Source: Octopus sinensis (taxonomy: Eukaryota). Taken from it: 25,339 bases of DNA. The notes under the pieces were generated by a model. That model did no database searches, had not been told where the DNA came from, and was given only the letters and a program-made list of their open reading frames with translations. The stretch lies in contig NW_021836104.1 in NCBI RefSeq assembly GCF_006345805.1, forward strand, positions 1 through 25,339, read 5' to 3'. Of this stretch, positions 1-9,975 are shown piece by piece. Both the position numbers and the translations under genes were made by a program. Each line of letters starts with the position of its first letter. Position 1 is the stretch's first letter.

Positions 1-149
1 CTCACAAATACACGGGCGCGCACGCACACACAAACACCAGCATGCGCATACACTCACAAAGGCAAAATTTGTTTTGTAACATGCACATACATACACAAAC
101 ATATACATCACATCGCCTCATGAAAATATAATGTCAGATACAAGGGTAA

Positions 150-905
150 TATACGACGGTTTAACTTTCAAAAATCGTTAACTTCGAGGAAATTACACGT
201 ATGAGAGATTTAATTATCGAAACTATGTCATATAAATGAGGTTGAATCTTGTACCCTACTTAGTAAGCTTCCTTCAAAATTAATACCTTGAGGAAATGAA
301 GCAAAACCATCACCTGTACGTCTTTTTACACTAGTTTCAACAGTACTGTCGGAGTTGCCAAAATAAAAAAAAAGATTATAACAAAATTGAACAAGCAATG
401 AATGAAAATAAAATGTAAAAGCTAGAAAAAGAACAATTGTGTGATGGAACGTTTCTTAGATTCATATGTAGGGAAAATATTTTGTCTAAACTGTGCTAAA
501 TTGTTAATTATGACATTAGAAAATAGCATACGTGGCCAACCCTGAGTGATTGGCGAATGAAAAAGCATCATGTAAAATCGTTATGGAGATAGAACAGCAA
601 CGTAATCATTTATAGCACTTTAAATTGAAATGTGTACAGTGTTAGTAGCGGTTAGTAATGAGTTACATGAGTGGAAGGCCATGTGTGGACTTGGGCTATT
701 TTCGCTCCTCCCGTTGTTTTACAGGTTTCTGTGTAACAGGGGTGCTAGGTACACATGGTTCGTTTATAAATATGTTGGAGCGTTGACTACTGAGTAATAA
801 AGTAGATCACTCATGGAGTAGTATTTGCAATTAAAAATCGTACTTCACGGATATAATTCCCTATTGCGGTTTTTTTTTATCTAGCAAGACTGAGAAAACG
901 ATATG
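150..905 (+). pseudogene. Decayed GABA-B-receptor-like (class C GPCR) pseudogene, Venus-flytrap domain segment
   Basis: Manual translation across frameshifts gives motifs in the order and near the spacing of human GABBR1/2 as recalled. VSTVLSE (334-354; cf VSTLVAE). TFLR (449-460; cf TFFR). AKLL..*H*KIA (495-528; cf VKLFEKWGWKKIA, Trp codons now TGA/TAG). TVLVAVSNELHEWKAMC (636-686; gapless vs RIIVGLFYETEARKVFC). GARYTWF (741-761; cf GKKYVWF). LHGY-x7-LSSKTEKTI (843-903, 1-nt slip in the T run; cf MEGY-x7-LSSKQIKTI). 5' boundary approximate. Confidence 0.75.
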
Positions 906-954
906 ATAAATACAAACAGCGTTGTTCCTCGGTGCTGTATAAAGGTGATATATG

Positions 955-1170
955 GAGCAGGTGTATCTGCGATGCAGCCTGGATAAATGTCTTCTACTAT
1001 AGCCTCAGACTGGCCAGAGCCTTGTGAGGGGATTTGGTAGACGGAAATTGACCGAAGCACGTCGTATATATGTATATATATATTATGGTGTGTGTGTGTG
1101 TGTGTGTCTGTATGAGTGCGTGTGTGTGTGTGTGTGTATGTGTGTGTGTATGTGTGCGTGTTTGTGTTAA
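955..1170 (+). mobile_element. Old, degenerate copy of the abundant tRNA-derived SINE with internal (TA)n/(TG)n (family A)
   Basis: tgtcttctactatagcctc...gccttgtgaggggatttggtagacggaaattga..gaagc..gtcgtatatatg followed by (TG)n matches the copy at 24680; head partly deleted, 3' half missing. Confidence 0.8.
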
Positions 1171-1896
1171 TGTCTGTGTCTTACCATTGTATTTCCTCCA
1201 GTAAATGAAAATGGGATGTAACTCAACCTCTGGAAATTGCTTCTGGAAGTGACTTTCTTTACCATAAGATATAATCCCATAACTTATGGATATTGCCTTG
1301 GAACGGATGTTTTTACCATTCCTTGCTATTTTTATTATCTTGTTTTATTTCATTAATTTATCTTACTTCTTCACATGTTAGAATCCTAATACTATGGTCT
1401 ATCTGGTGAAGCTTTGGAGCTCAATTATTGTCAAACTCATGTCTAATGTTTGTTCAACCTTTGTACAATCCATGTACATTACTAGTAAGATGTGGAAACC
1501 TTGGCAAGTTAGACACCCCCAAAGTAGAAACAGCTGTAAGTGTTTAACTTTTCACTCAGTTAATCTTATGTTTATCCATTTATTTACTTGTTTATTTGCT
1601 TATTTATTCTGATTAGTTGTACATATGATTGTAATTAATTAGTAAATGGATCCATCTGAATGTTTACAAGCTGATGATTGTTGATTGATTAACTTCTCCT
1701 TTTTCTTATTTGCCTTATAAATTCCGGGTAAATTTCTGCTTTACTCCCACTCATACCTAGTACTCAACTGCGATACTGTACTACAGCAGTAAGCACTTGA
1801 GTATAAATACGTAGGTAGGCATCCAGTAGTATATTGGATAAATATTTTCCCTTAGATGGTTGTTTAATCTCTAACTCATATATATATATATATATA

Positions 1897-2100
1897 TTAC
1901 GGAGATGTACTCGCATAGCAAGTAATTTGATCTGAGATCGTGTGCTGAAACGAAAACAATTGCAGCGTGGAAGGTGTTTATAAGCCATTTAAGAAACACA
2001 CAAAAGCCGTTCGATTCACTTCAACATTTAAGTTTAATTTGTCAAAATATTTTCGTCGCTAAAATCCGCGACCTGTTCACTAACAAAGTCCGTGCTGCAT
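1897..2100 (-). mobile_element. PLE pLTR-like 3' segment (inverted), ending in (TA)n and carrying a hammerhead motif
   Basis: Minus strand ends ...catctccgtaa(TA)n, contains a hammerhead-like fold at 2038-2087 and abuts the Naiad-like remnant at about 2100. Confidence 0.65.
2038..2087 (-). ncRNA. Minimal type-I hammerhead ribozyme, G3:C8 core variant
   Basis: Minus strand: tttgtta [GTGAACA] g gtcgc-ggatttta-gcgac [GAA] aatatt t tgacaaa. Stem I 7 bp (one G-U), stem II 5 bp, palindromic stem III AATATT, predicted cleavage triplet UUU; C3/G8 replaced by G3/C8. Confidence 0.65.
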
Positions 2101-2110
2101 CTCCGAGAAG

Positions 2111-2702
2111 CAGGGTCATAAATTCTACAGAATATTTAATAGAAGAACCCTGAAGGTTAGCTATTCTTGTTGCAGAAATTTCGCCTCTTACATTAGCCAA
2201 CATAATAGGAAGCTAATTGAGATTAGACATGGTGCCGAGCCCATTAAGAAATGTAATTTCAAAAACGAAAGCTCCTGTCCGTTAGAAGGAAATGTCTAGT
2301 GAAAGGAGTAGTTTATAGAGCCAAGGTGCAAGTGGAAGGCTCATCGGAATACAAGACATACACAGGGGCTTCAGAAAATTCATTTAAAACAAGATTTTAT
2401 TCTCATAAAAATTCTTTTAATACCCAGAGAATAGGAAGAAAACCAGCCTAACAAAATATGTCTGGGAACTAAAAGAAAAGGAAGCCCCACCTTTCAACGT
2501 GACATGGAGCATTCTGGACAGGGCGGCACCATACAGGCATGGAGCTTACAAATATAATTTCAAGTGCAGACTTTGCCTATTAGAAAAAATGTACATCTTA
2601 TTCAAATACAATAATTCTTTGAATCAAAGAAGTGAGTTAATGAACTTATGTAGGCACGCGGCTAAATTTAAAATGTCGAATATAAATATACCATATGGAT
2701 AG
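2111..2702 (+). pseudogene. PLE (Naiad-type) C-terminal linker and GIY-YIG endonuclease remnant, 2 frameshifts
   Basis: HKFYRIFNRRTLKVSYSCCRNFASYISQHNRKL...CNFKNESSCPLEG/CLVKGVVYRAKV...YTGASENSFKTRFYSHKNSF/...TSLTKYVWELK...WSILDRAAPY...CRLCLLEK...LNQRSELMNLCRH. VVY..YTG is GIY-YIG; the CxCx5Cx5C knuckle has its second C mutated TGC>TTC; frameshifts near 2292 and 2430. Confidence 0.9.
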
Positions 2703-3730
2703 AGTATATATTTTGTATTTTGATTTTTGTGATTGATTTTGACTCTTGAGCGCTACGATGGATTTTGATTCTGTTTCCAAGCTACGCGGATCTTAATCCG
2801 TATAGCAAAGTCTTATGTTTCTACTTATTAGGAAAAACCTACAAACTTTGTTTTCATGTTATTGTATTGCATAGGATTACCTTGATTATTTATTACCTTG
2901 ATTATTTATAATGACCCAAAATAGGATGCTATATTTTATTTTATATGTCTTTCGTATATATTTTTATTAATGCACCCATTTTTAAAAGCATGTTTTTTAA
3001 AAAAAAGCAATGTTGTCAAAATTAGAATGTTTATATCATTATGTGTATAGCAAAGCATATGTATTTGTAAGCATGCGTATCTGTGTATGTGTAAGTGAAA
3101 GTATGCTTGTGCTTAAGCACACATATACACGACGGTATGTATATGTATCCATTCAAACTTGTGTATGTATACTGGTCTCTATAGATGCCAATAACATCGT
3201 TACAAGTTTTTTCCCCACCCCTCCTTCGTTCCTTTTTCTCTTTTCCCTTTCTTTCGTTCCCCTCCTTGCTCAGTATATGAGAATTGCTACATAGATGAAT
3301 TTTAGCTTGCGTGCGAGACGGTTTGCGTGAATATATGTACACATGCTTTTATGTGTATATTTAGATTCATATTCATACGTCTGTATATGTATGTATGGCG
3401 TTTACGCGCATCCTTTTGTGTATGTTGATATATATATGTAGATTTTAATATAAATATGTATTGCAGTATTTATAACAGGTTTAATTTCTATGCATTAATT
3501 TGCACTGTCTTCATTAACGGCAATAGGTTTTTTTTCCTCGGTTTTTTCCTCGGATTTTATAATTTTTATAAGTTTTTTATATATATATACATATTTTTGA
3601 CCTTTTTGTTTATCGCTCGAAGATTGACCGTTTTTTTTCTAAAGGCCAATCAAACAAGTCCATTTCTTTTTTAAGGTGTAGCGTTTGTAAGAGTATAGAT
3701 TGAATTGATATATAAGTTCCATTCTAGCAA

Positions 3731-3774
3731 AAACTGTCTGATGAACGGCAACGAGAAACTCAGAGTACGATTTT
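3731..3774 (+). ncRNA. Minimal type-I hammerhead ribozyme in PLE pLTR
   Basis: aaactgt CTGATGA (3738-3744) acg-gcaa-cga GAAA (3755-3758) ctc-a-gag-TA cgatttt; GUA triplet at 3765-3767; near-palindromic stem III; stems I and II partly degraded. Confidence 0.75.
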
Positions 3775-3870
3775 GTTGAATTTCTGCTGCTTAAAATAAA
3801 GCATATTACTCTACCACTGGTATTTGAGTACTCTTTTTTCCACCTTGTTTCACATTTATTTGTTTACTCC

Positions 3871-3903
<33 letters not shown>

Positions 3904-3906
<3 letters not shown>

Positions 3907-4075
3907 CGCAGGAGTGGCTGTGTGGTAAGTCGCTTGCTAACCAACCACATGGTTCCGGGTTCAGTCCCACTGCGTAGAAACTTGGGCAAGTGTCTTCTGC
4001 TATAGCCCCGGGCAGACCACTGCCTTGTGAGTGGATTTGGTAGACGGAAACTGAAAGAAGCCTGTGGTATATATG

Positions 4076-4113
<38 letters not shown>

Positions 4114-4257
4114 ATGTGTGTGTTGTGTGTGTGTGTGTGTGTTTGAATTCGTCTCACCATCACCGTTTGACAACCGGCGTTGGTGTGCTTACACTCCTGT
4201 AACTTAGCGATTCGGTAAATGAAAATGATGGAATAAGTACTAGACTTTAAAAATAAG
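3904..4257 (+). mobile_element. tRNA-derived SINE family A, 3'-truncated
   Basis: A-box-like tggctgtgtggt, B-box ggttcagtcc, CORE-like cttgggcaagtgtctt, internal (TA)n(TG)n; 3' half much more diverged than 5' half. Confidence 0.9.
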
Positions 4258-4404
4258 ACTTTGTTTCTTTTTCTTCTTGGACTACAATTCTCCAATGCTG
4301 TATTCCGTGAAACAATACAAAAACAAAAGGACACATACACATACGCACACACACACAATCTTTGAGGTATGCTTTTTAACATCTCACTTCTTTATCCGTG
4401 CTTC

Positions 4405-4434
4405 ATATATATATATATATATATATAATATATA

Positions 4435-4499
<65 letters not shown>

Positions 4500-4790
4500 T
4501 ATATGTATATGTATATGTATATATAGATATATATATACATATATATATATTTATATATATATGTATATATTATATATGTATATATATATATTTATATGTA
4601 TATATATATATATTTTTATATTTATATTTATATTTATATTTATTTATTTATATATATATATAAATATGAATTAGAGATAAAACCAACAGTGATAGACATA
4701 AACCAATACATAAATAACAAATGATATATATATTTAATGTAATATATAATATATATATATATATATATATTTGTTTTTCAAAAAGTATAA
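4405..4790. repeat. Compound (TA)n / (TATATG)n / (TTTATA)n microsatellite
   Basis: Direct inspection. Confidence 0.95.
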
Positions 4791-5707
4791 AATGAATGAT
4801 AAATATAATATAATAAGTAAAAACTACGTACGTTTCATGGCTATAATTAAATTCCAATTACAATTAAGTTTAATTTCCAATTAAAATTATAATCAATCTT
4901 TAGGTTAATGATAATAGTTAAATGAATAAGCAAATAGAGTTAAATAATATTTATTTAAGAAATAAATAAAATAATAATTTTTCGTAAAGAAAAAACTCCA
5001 TTGTCTAAATTAGAAACTTAAAACGTTAGGATTATTTCCTACAACACATTTATTATGTTAAATATTTGTTTTTAAGGTTCAAAAATAGATAGAAATATGT
5101 ATTTATCTATTAAGATATAATATGGCTTTAAAAAAAACATAATATACTCTCGAATATCCTTAACTCAGTTATAGTCCAATATTTAATTACCAAATTATTT
5201 AACAAAATAATCACTATTCATATTTTTAGATTTAAGTTCACAACTTATAATTATAAATATTTAAAAAATAAGTATCTAAATTATAATCAACAATATAGTA
5301 ATTAAAATCTAAAATTTACTCTATCAATAAATATATAGACATATAATGAAAAAGAAATAAATTAATTAGTCCATTATAACTTACATAAATATTATAAATA
5401 TCAATATAATATACCTATGAAATACATTTAAAAATCAAAGATTAAAAATCAAATTAAAAACGTATAACCTATCTTAAAAGAACCGTATAAATATGTTACG
5501 ATCTATATACCTCAGTGACTAAGTAATATATTAGAAATTACGTACAGTTATAATCTAATAATTAAATACATTTCATCAACAACTAAATAATTATAGATTC
5601 AAATTAACATCAGTGTTATTATAGTATAACAATACCAATAAACTAACAACAAAATCTCTTAAATAGAACAAGTTTACTTAGCTTTCGAAAACCGTGTCAT
5701 TGAAATA

Positions 5708-5744
<37 letters not shown>

Positions 5745-5750
5745 TATATA

Positions 5751-6900
5751 AGGCTTAATTTGGCCCGAATTCAAGCGAGTGCCAAATTGGCATAGTTTTT
5801 TAGGCCTACGCCTCTGGTACCGTTAGAAATAAGAACCCTCACATCTAGGTCGTCCGAGCGCTCGCCAGAGTAACGAGCTGGAAACGGGTACTTACCCTTT
5901 TCTCAGAGCCGCAGCACACGTCACTGCAGTGCAAGAAGCCAGAGAAGCCAATCCCACCTCGGGTGAACTAATGCAGATATGTGAAGCCAATTCCGGAACT
6001 GAGTGCTAGATATTTCTTCTTAAAGTACATTTTATGTGAAGGAGTCATAAAAGATTAATGTACATGATAGTAGAAATTGGGTTGAAGTACATGTCTATAG
6101 TTCCTGGTATCATCTAGACTTAGAATGAGTTTATAGAACTTACAGGAATGGATTATCTAACATAGTAGCAGTAGAAGAAGCCTAAACTAGATGGAGATGT
6201 ATTTCCCTCGTTGACGACATTTAATGAATATAGTATGAACCTTAGAAGATAAATCAATAGAATAAGGGGATTTGAAAGAAAGAAATAAAAATTATATAGG
6301 AATGAGTTGTTTATTTTTTATTAGATTGTTAAGAATATACTAAAGTAAAACTACAATTTTTGACAAGGTTAGGTTATATGTACTTTTATGTAATATGATA
6401 TTAAAATCCTTATTTGGAGAGTACTATCCTAAAACAATATGCGCCTCTCAAAACTAATTCCCTTGTATGATTAAATAGTCTGTATCTAGAGTTAAAAATA
6501 CGGTATGTTTCTTTTATAAATAGATTACACTTTGAGTTCCAAATAGCACATGGTGCATCTCTGATAATCATAATCCATTCAGTATCATATTTAGTGTCTT
6601 TATCGTTCAAAAACCAGAGCAACCTACTCAAGCTTGCCCAATTCATGCTATCCCTATTTTTGAAAGAAAGAAATGTGATTACACGAACTCTGCTTAAAGT
6701 TCGCAGAACATGACACTTAAAACAACTTTAGAAATGCCATAAGCCTTTACTTTATATCTATAAAATACATATTTTTTTAGCCATTTCCTTCAAGCCGACT
6801 TAATTTGCTCTCACACTTATAATAATGCTTATCAAGAGCAACCCTCTGCCTCCCACTGCTAAAAGTATTAAGTAATTCGTCTATATTATTATCTAATACA
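5751..6900 (-). mobile_element. Possible 3' remnant of an L1/Tx1-like LINE (ORF2 C-terminus plus 3' UTR ending at (TA)n)
   Basis: Minus-strand decayed C..H..C-like stretch near 6700-6770, then ...WIMIIRDAPCAIWNSKC (ORF 6410-6646) resembling the IW.RN region of L1-clade ORF2; GC-richer structured end at 5751-6005. Weak similarity only. Confidence 0.35.
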
Positions 6901-6940
6901 TTCTGGGTATTATTAATTTTGGTCTAGTTTGAAAGAGGCG

Positions 6941-6979
<39 letters not shown>

Positions 6980-6996
6980 TCTCTCTCCCTCTCTTT

Positions 6997-7878
6997 CAGT
7001 GCGGTGAATAAAGTGTCGTCTAAATTACGCAAAAATGAAAATAACACTGACATCACATTTTAACAAATATATTTACTAAAATTACATAATTGAAATTACA
7101 TCTTGAAATACTACAGAGTAAATATATCCAATAAAATCGCTATTGGCTTCAACCACGGTCTCCAGACGACGGTGGAATCTCCTGCAACTCTTCTGAATGG
7201 TCACCTTGTTTAGTTTGGTAAATGCTACCATAATCCTTGCCTTCAGTTCATCTTTGAAATTACAGGGATTTATTGGGTCTCGCTCAACTGCACACCGCAC
7301 ATAATAATCAAGGGGGTTGCAGTGAGGAGAGTTAGGTGACGAGCTGTTGGGTGTGATGTAGTCGCAGAAATTTCTGACAGCAATGACTGGGTTCTCCTGC
7401 TTCTGTGGCATAGTGCAGAATCCTCTTGCAAGACTTAAGGTTTCTAGTAGACAGCCTCCTGACACAGGGCAGCACTACTTCTTCCGGGCACTTCATGTAG
7501 GCCTCCGTGTTGAGTGTGAGGCCGTGAAAGAAGAATGGTGGCATAAAATAACATCGCCATCATTAGTGTTCACTCAGAACATCATGGCGTTCAATGGATG
7601 TTTGATATTTGTTACTCTCGGTACATACCCTTAGATTGCCTTTTCTTCAGATTGACGCCCGAACATTTTGAAATGTTCATTTTCGAGTTTCCGTTACAAT
7701 TGCCAAGCAGTACAGCATGTTGTTTCCAGATTTCTGGCAGAGGGAATTGCGTCATGGTGCTATTTATCTCACACACGGTGCCCAACTGACCCAACTATTC
7801 TATGAACTCGACAAAAAAAACAATGAGAATGCGCGAAATTAAAAATATAAAATGGAGCAATTTACCCAACGTAAACTG
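6997..7878 (-). mobile_element. Internally deleted maT (DD37D) Tc1/mariner-superfamily DNA transposon
   Basis: Minus strand across one frameshift: QEDSALCHRSRRTQSLLSE/NFCDYITPNSSSPNSPHCNPLDYYV, with 37 residues between the last two Asp. C-terminus RRLETVVEANSDFIG. N-terminus MTQFPLPEIWK fused at about 7630 to ...KHP. Imperfect TIRs cagtgcggtgaataaagtgtc (6997) and cagtttacgttgggtaaattg (rc, ends 7878); TA at 7879-7880. Confidence 0.85.
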
Positions 7879-7907
7879 TACATATATATATGTAAGCATA
7901 CTTGTAT

Positions 7908-7976
7908 CAATACATATAAACAACACATGAACTTGCAGGTGTACCCAGTTAGAATTTTCTTCAGGTCGAGTTCCGC
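7908..7976 (-). mobile_element. Short fragment of the (AAT)n-associated retroposon seen at 16302
   Basis: cacatgaacttgcagg...gttagaattttcttcaggtcgagt is the reverse complement of about 16654-16695. Confidence 0.7.
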
Positions 7977-7981
7977 CATCA

Positions 7982-8013
<32 letters not shown>

Positions 8014-8167
8014 GTCGTCGTCGTCGTCGTCGTCATCATCATCATAGCCAATGTATTGCATATTCACTATTGCATCATCATCATCATCATCATTATTATT
8101 ATTATTGTTATTATTATTGTTATTGTTATTGTTATTGTTGTTGTTGTTGTTGTTGCTATCATTATAA

Positions 8168-8201
<34 letters not shown>

Positions 8202-8250
8202 AAACATTCTGACCATCATAGCCAATGTATTGCGTATTCACTGTCATTAA
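7976..8250. repeat. Compound trinucleotide tract (GTC/ATC/ATT/GTT)n with a duplicated ~29-bp unique unit
   Basis: catcatagccaatgtattgc(a/g)tattcact at about 8040 and 8214. Confidence 0.9.
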
Positions 8251-8569
8251 CATAGACAAGATCGCCATATGCCTGTTCAATAGTATTACGACGTAGAAAC
8301 GATTACTGTTAAAATCTTATATTTACTAAGGTTGACTAAATGACAAAGTTCACAAATTAGCATTTATGCAGATATCGTTCATCATCTGCTGTTGTTATAT
8401 ATAAGGGGAATTGAAGTGTGTGCGTAGGTTACCGATTAAAAAAAAAACAGAACAAAACAATTCTGTTCACTTCTCCTTCATTAAGCAGAGTCGGAATGAG
8501 GTCATGGATTGCTTTGATATTAAAATCTTGTGCTGAGTATGGTTTGCCTACAACGTGGTAGCAGGGCTC

Positions 8570-8697
8570 CCATGATGACGATGCTGCTGCTGCTGATGAT
8601 GATTATTATGATAATAAGGTCGATGACGATGATGATAATGATGAAATCGGTGATGGATAAGGTGATAATGGGGATGATGATGATGATGATCATCATT

Positions 8698-8746
<49 letters not shown>

Positions 8747-8820
8747 GATGATGATTATGATAATAAGGTCGATGACGATGATGATAATGATGAAATCGGT
8801 GATGGATAAGGTGATAATGG

Positions 8821-8896
<76 letters not shown>

Positions 8897-9035
8897 ATTG
8901 ATCATGAAGCTGATGATAAAGCTAATGATGAGTTGCTGCTGCTGCTTCTGCTGTTGATGACGATGACGACGACAACGACGATGACCACATCGATAAAGAT
9001 GAGAGTGATTATGATAATGATGATGATGATGATGT
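8570..9035. repeat. (ATG)n tract with 149-bp-period tandem duplication
   Basis: ataataaggtcgatgacgatgatgataatgatgaaatcggtgatggataaggtgataatgggg starts at both 8611 and 8760. Confidence 0.95.
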
Positions 9036-9109
9036 CGACAAAGGTGCTTATCAAGATTTTGAACTCGTTGTTCGCTTTAGCTAGAAGCACAAAGCAAAAA
9101 CGTATCCGT

Positions 9110-9530
9110 ACGCAACACCACTAATAATACCATTAACCCAATGGTGACGCTTCTAGAAACTGTAAATGTATCACTATCTCTAGCACCACCAGCGTCTGTA
9201 CCACCGTGAAAATTGCCAACACCACCAACACCTCCAACACCCCTAACTGCATAATTACCAACACCTCCGCTATATCGCCACTGACAACAACGCCTGCAAC
9301 ACCATTAACAACACCTCCAAGAAAACTACCAAAAACACCGACAACAGCACCAACAACAACACCACCAGCAGCCCCAACATCGCCAGTATCACACCCATCA
9401 CTATCACCACCAACACCGCCACCACAACAAACAGCAAAAACAGCGGTGCTACCACTATCACTTCAACCGCCACCTCCAACAACCTCTAGACCCCTAACAC
9501 GACCACCACATTTACCAACAACGCAATCGT
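9110..9530. repeat. Degenerate (ACC/AAC)n low-complexity tract
   Basis: Direct inspection; produces spurious Thr/Pro-rich ORFs. Confidence 0.8.
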
Positions 9531-9975
9531 AAGAAATGCTTCGAGCACCTCAGACAGAATCACAAAAACCCAAATACAAATCACACACCAGCTTCTAACA
9601 TTAAGACCGCCTCTAGCAAAAAGCAACGACAAAACGAACAGCGATACCTGAAAATTCCATTTTAACAGATGCCACCGACACCAGGTGGGCAACTAATCGG
9701 AAAGTAAAACCATTTCAAATCACCAGTAAATCTAAGACTTAATCAATATATAGTCTCTGTCTGTCTATATTTCTCTCTCTCTCTCTCTCTCTCGTCCTCT
9801 CCACATTATGACATACATACATACACACACACATACATATGTAGATCAGCAGGAGTATAAGCGTCACTTAAAAGGATGTAACCTTTTGTAATTAAGTTAA
9901 TTTCGCATATTTTGTCGTTGCTTATGTAGTAGTACGAGCAGGCACGATCATTTCTCAGTATTCTCAGATTTTATG

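Larger units (their letters stand above)
2101..3872 (+). mobile_element. 5'-truncated Penelope-like retroelement (Naiad-type) with long 3' UTR/pLTR
   Basis: Disrupted linker plus GIY-YIG coding remnant at 2111-2702, about 1.1 kb of 3' region, hammerhead at 3731-3774, terminus ...actccgg(TA)n. Confidence 0.85.

Noticed and set aside
1190-1760. Unassigned block with CTGATGA at 1671 and a weak minus-strand EW*KHPFQG LINE-like motif
   Set aside because: No GAAA or helices for a hammerhead; protein similarity too short to support a call.
2252-2300. Possible selenocysteine recoding in the Naiad Zn knuckle
   Set aside because: Codons at the Cys positions are TGT, TTC, TGT, TGT; no in-frame TGA.
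3864-4382. 172-aa ORF and similar WSARGYSRRHLPK ORFs (20533, 21317, 24594)
   Set aside because: Antisense translations of SINE family A plus microsatellite.
4670-5700. Extremely AT-rich stretch considered as a mitochondrial insertion
   Set aside because: No recognisable mitochondrial gene, tRNA or rRNA motif by eye.
8530-9124. Poly-Met, poly-Ile and poly-Asp ORFs
   Set aside because: Products of (ATG)n; the Asp frame is interrupted by stops (gga taa).
9206-9532. Mucin-like Thr/Pro-rich ORF
   Set aside because: Degenerate (ACC/AAC)n tract without convincing start or splice context.
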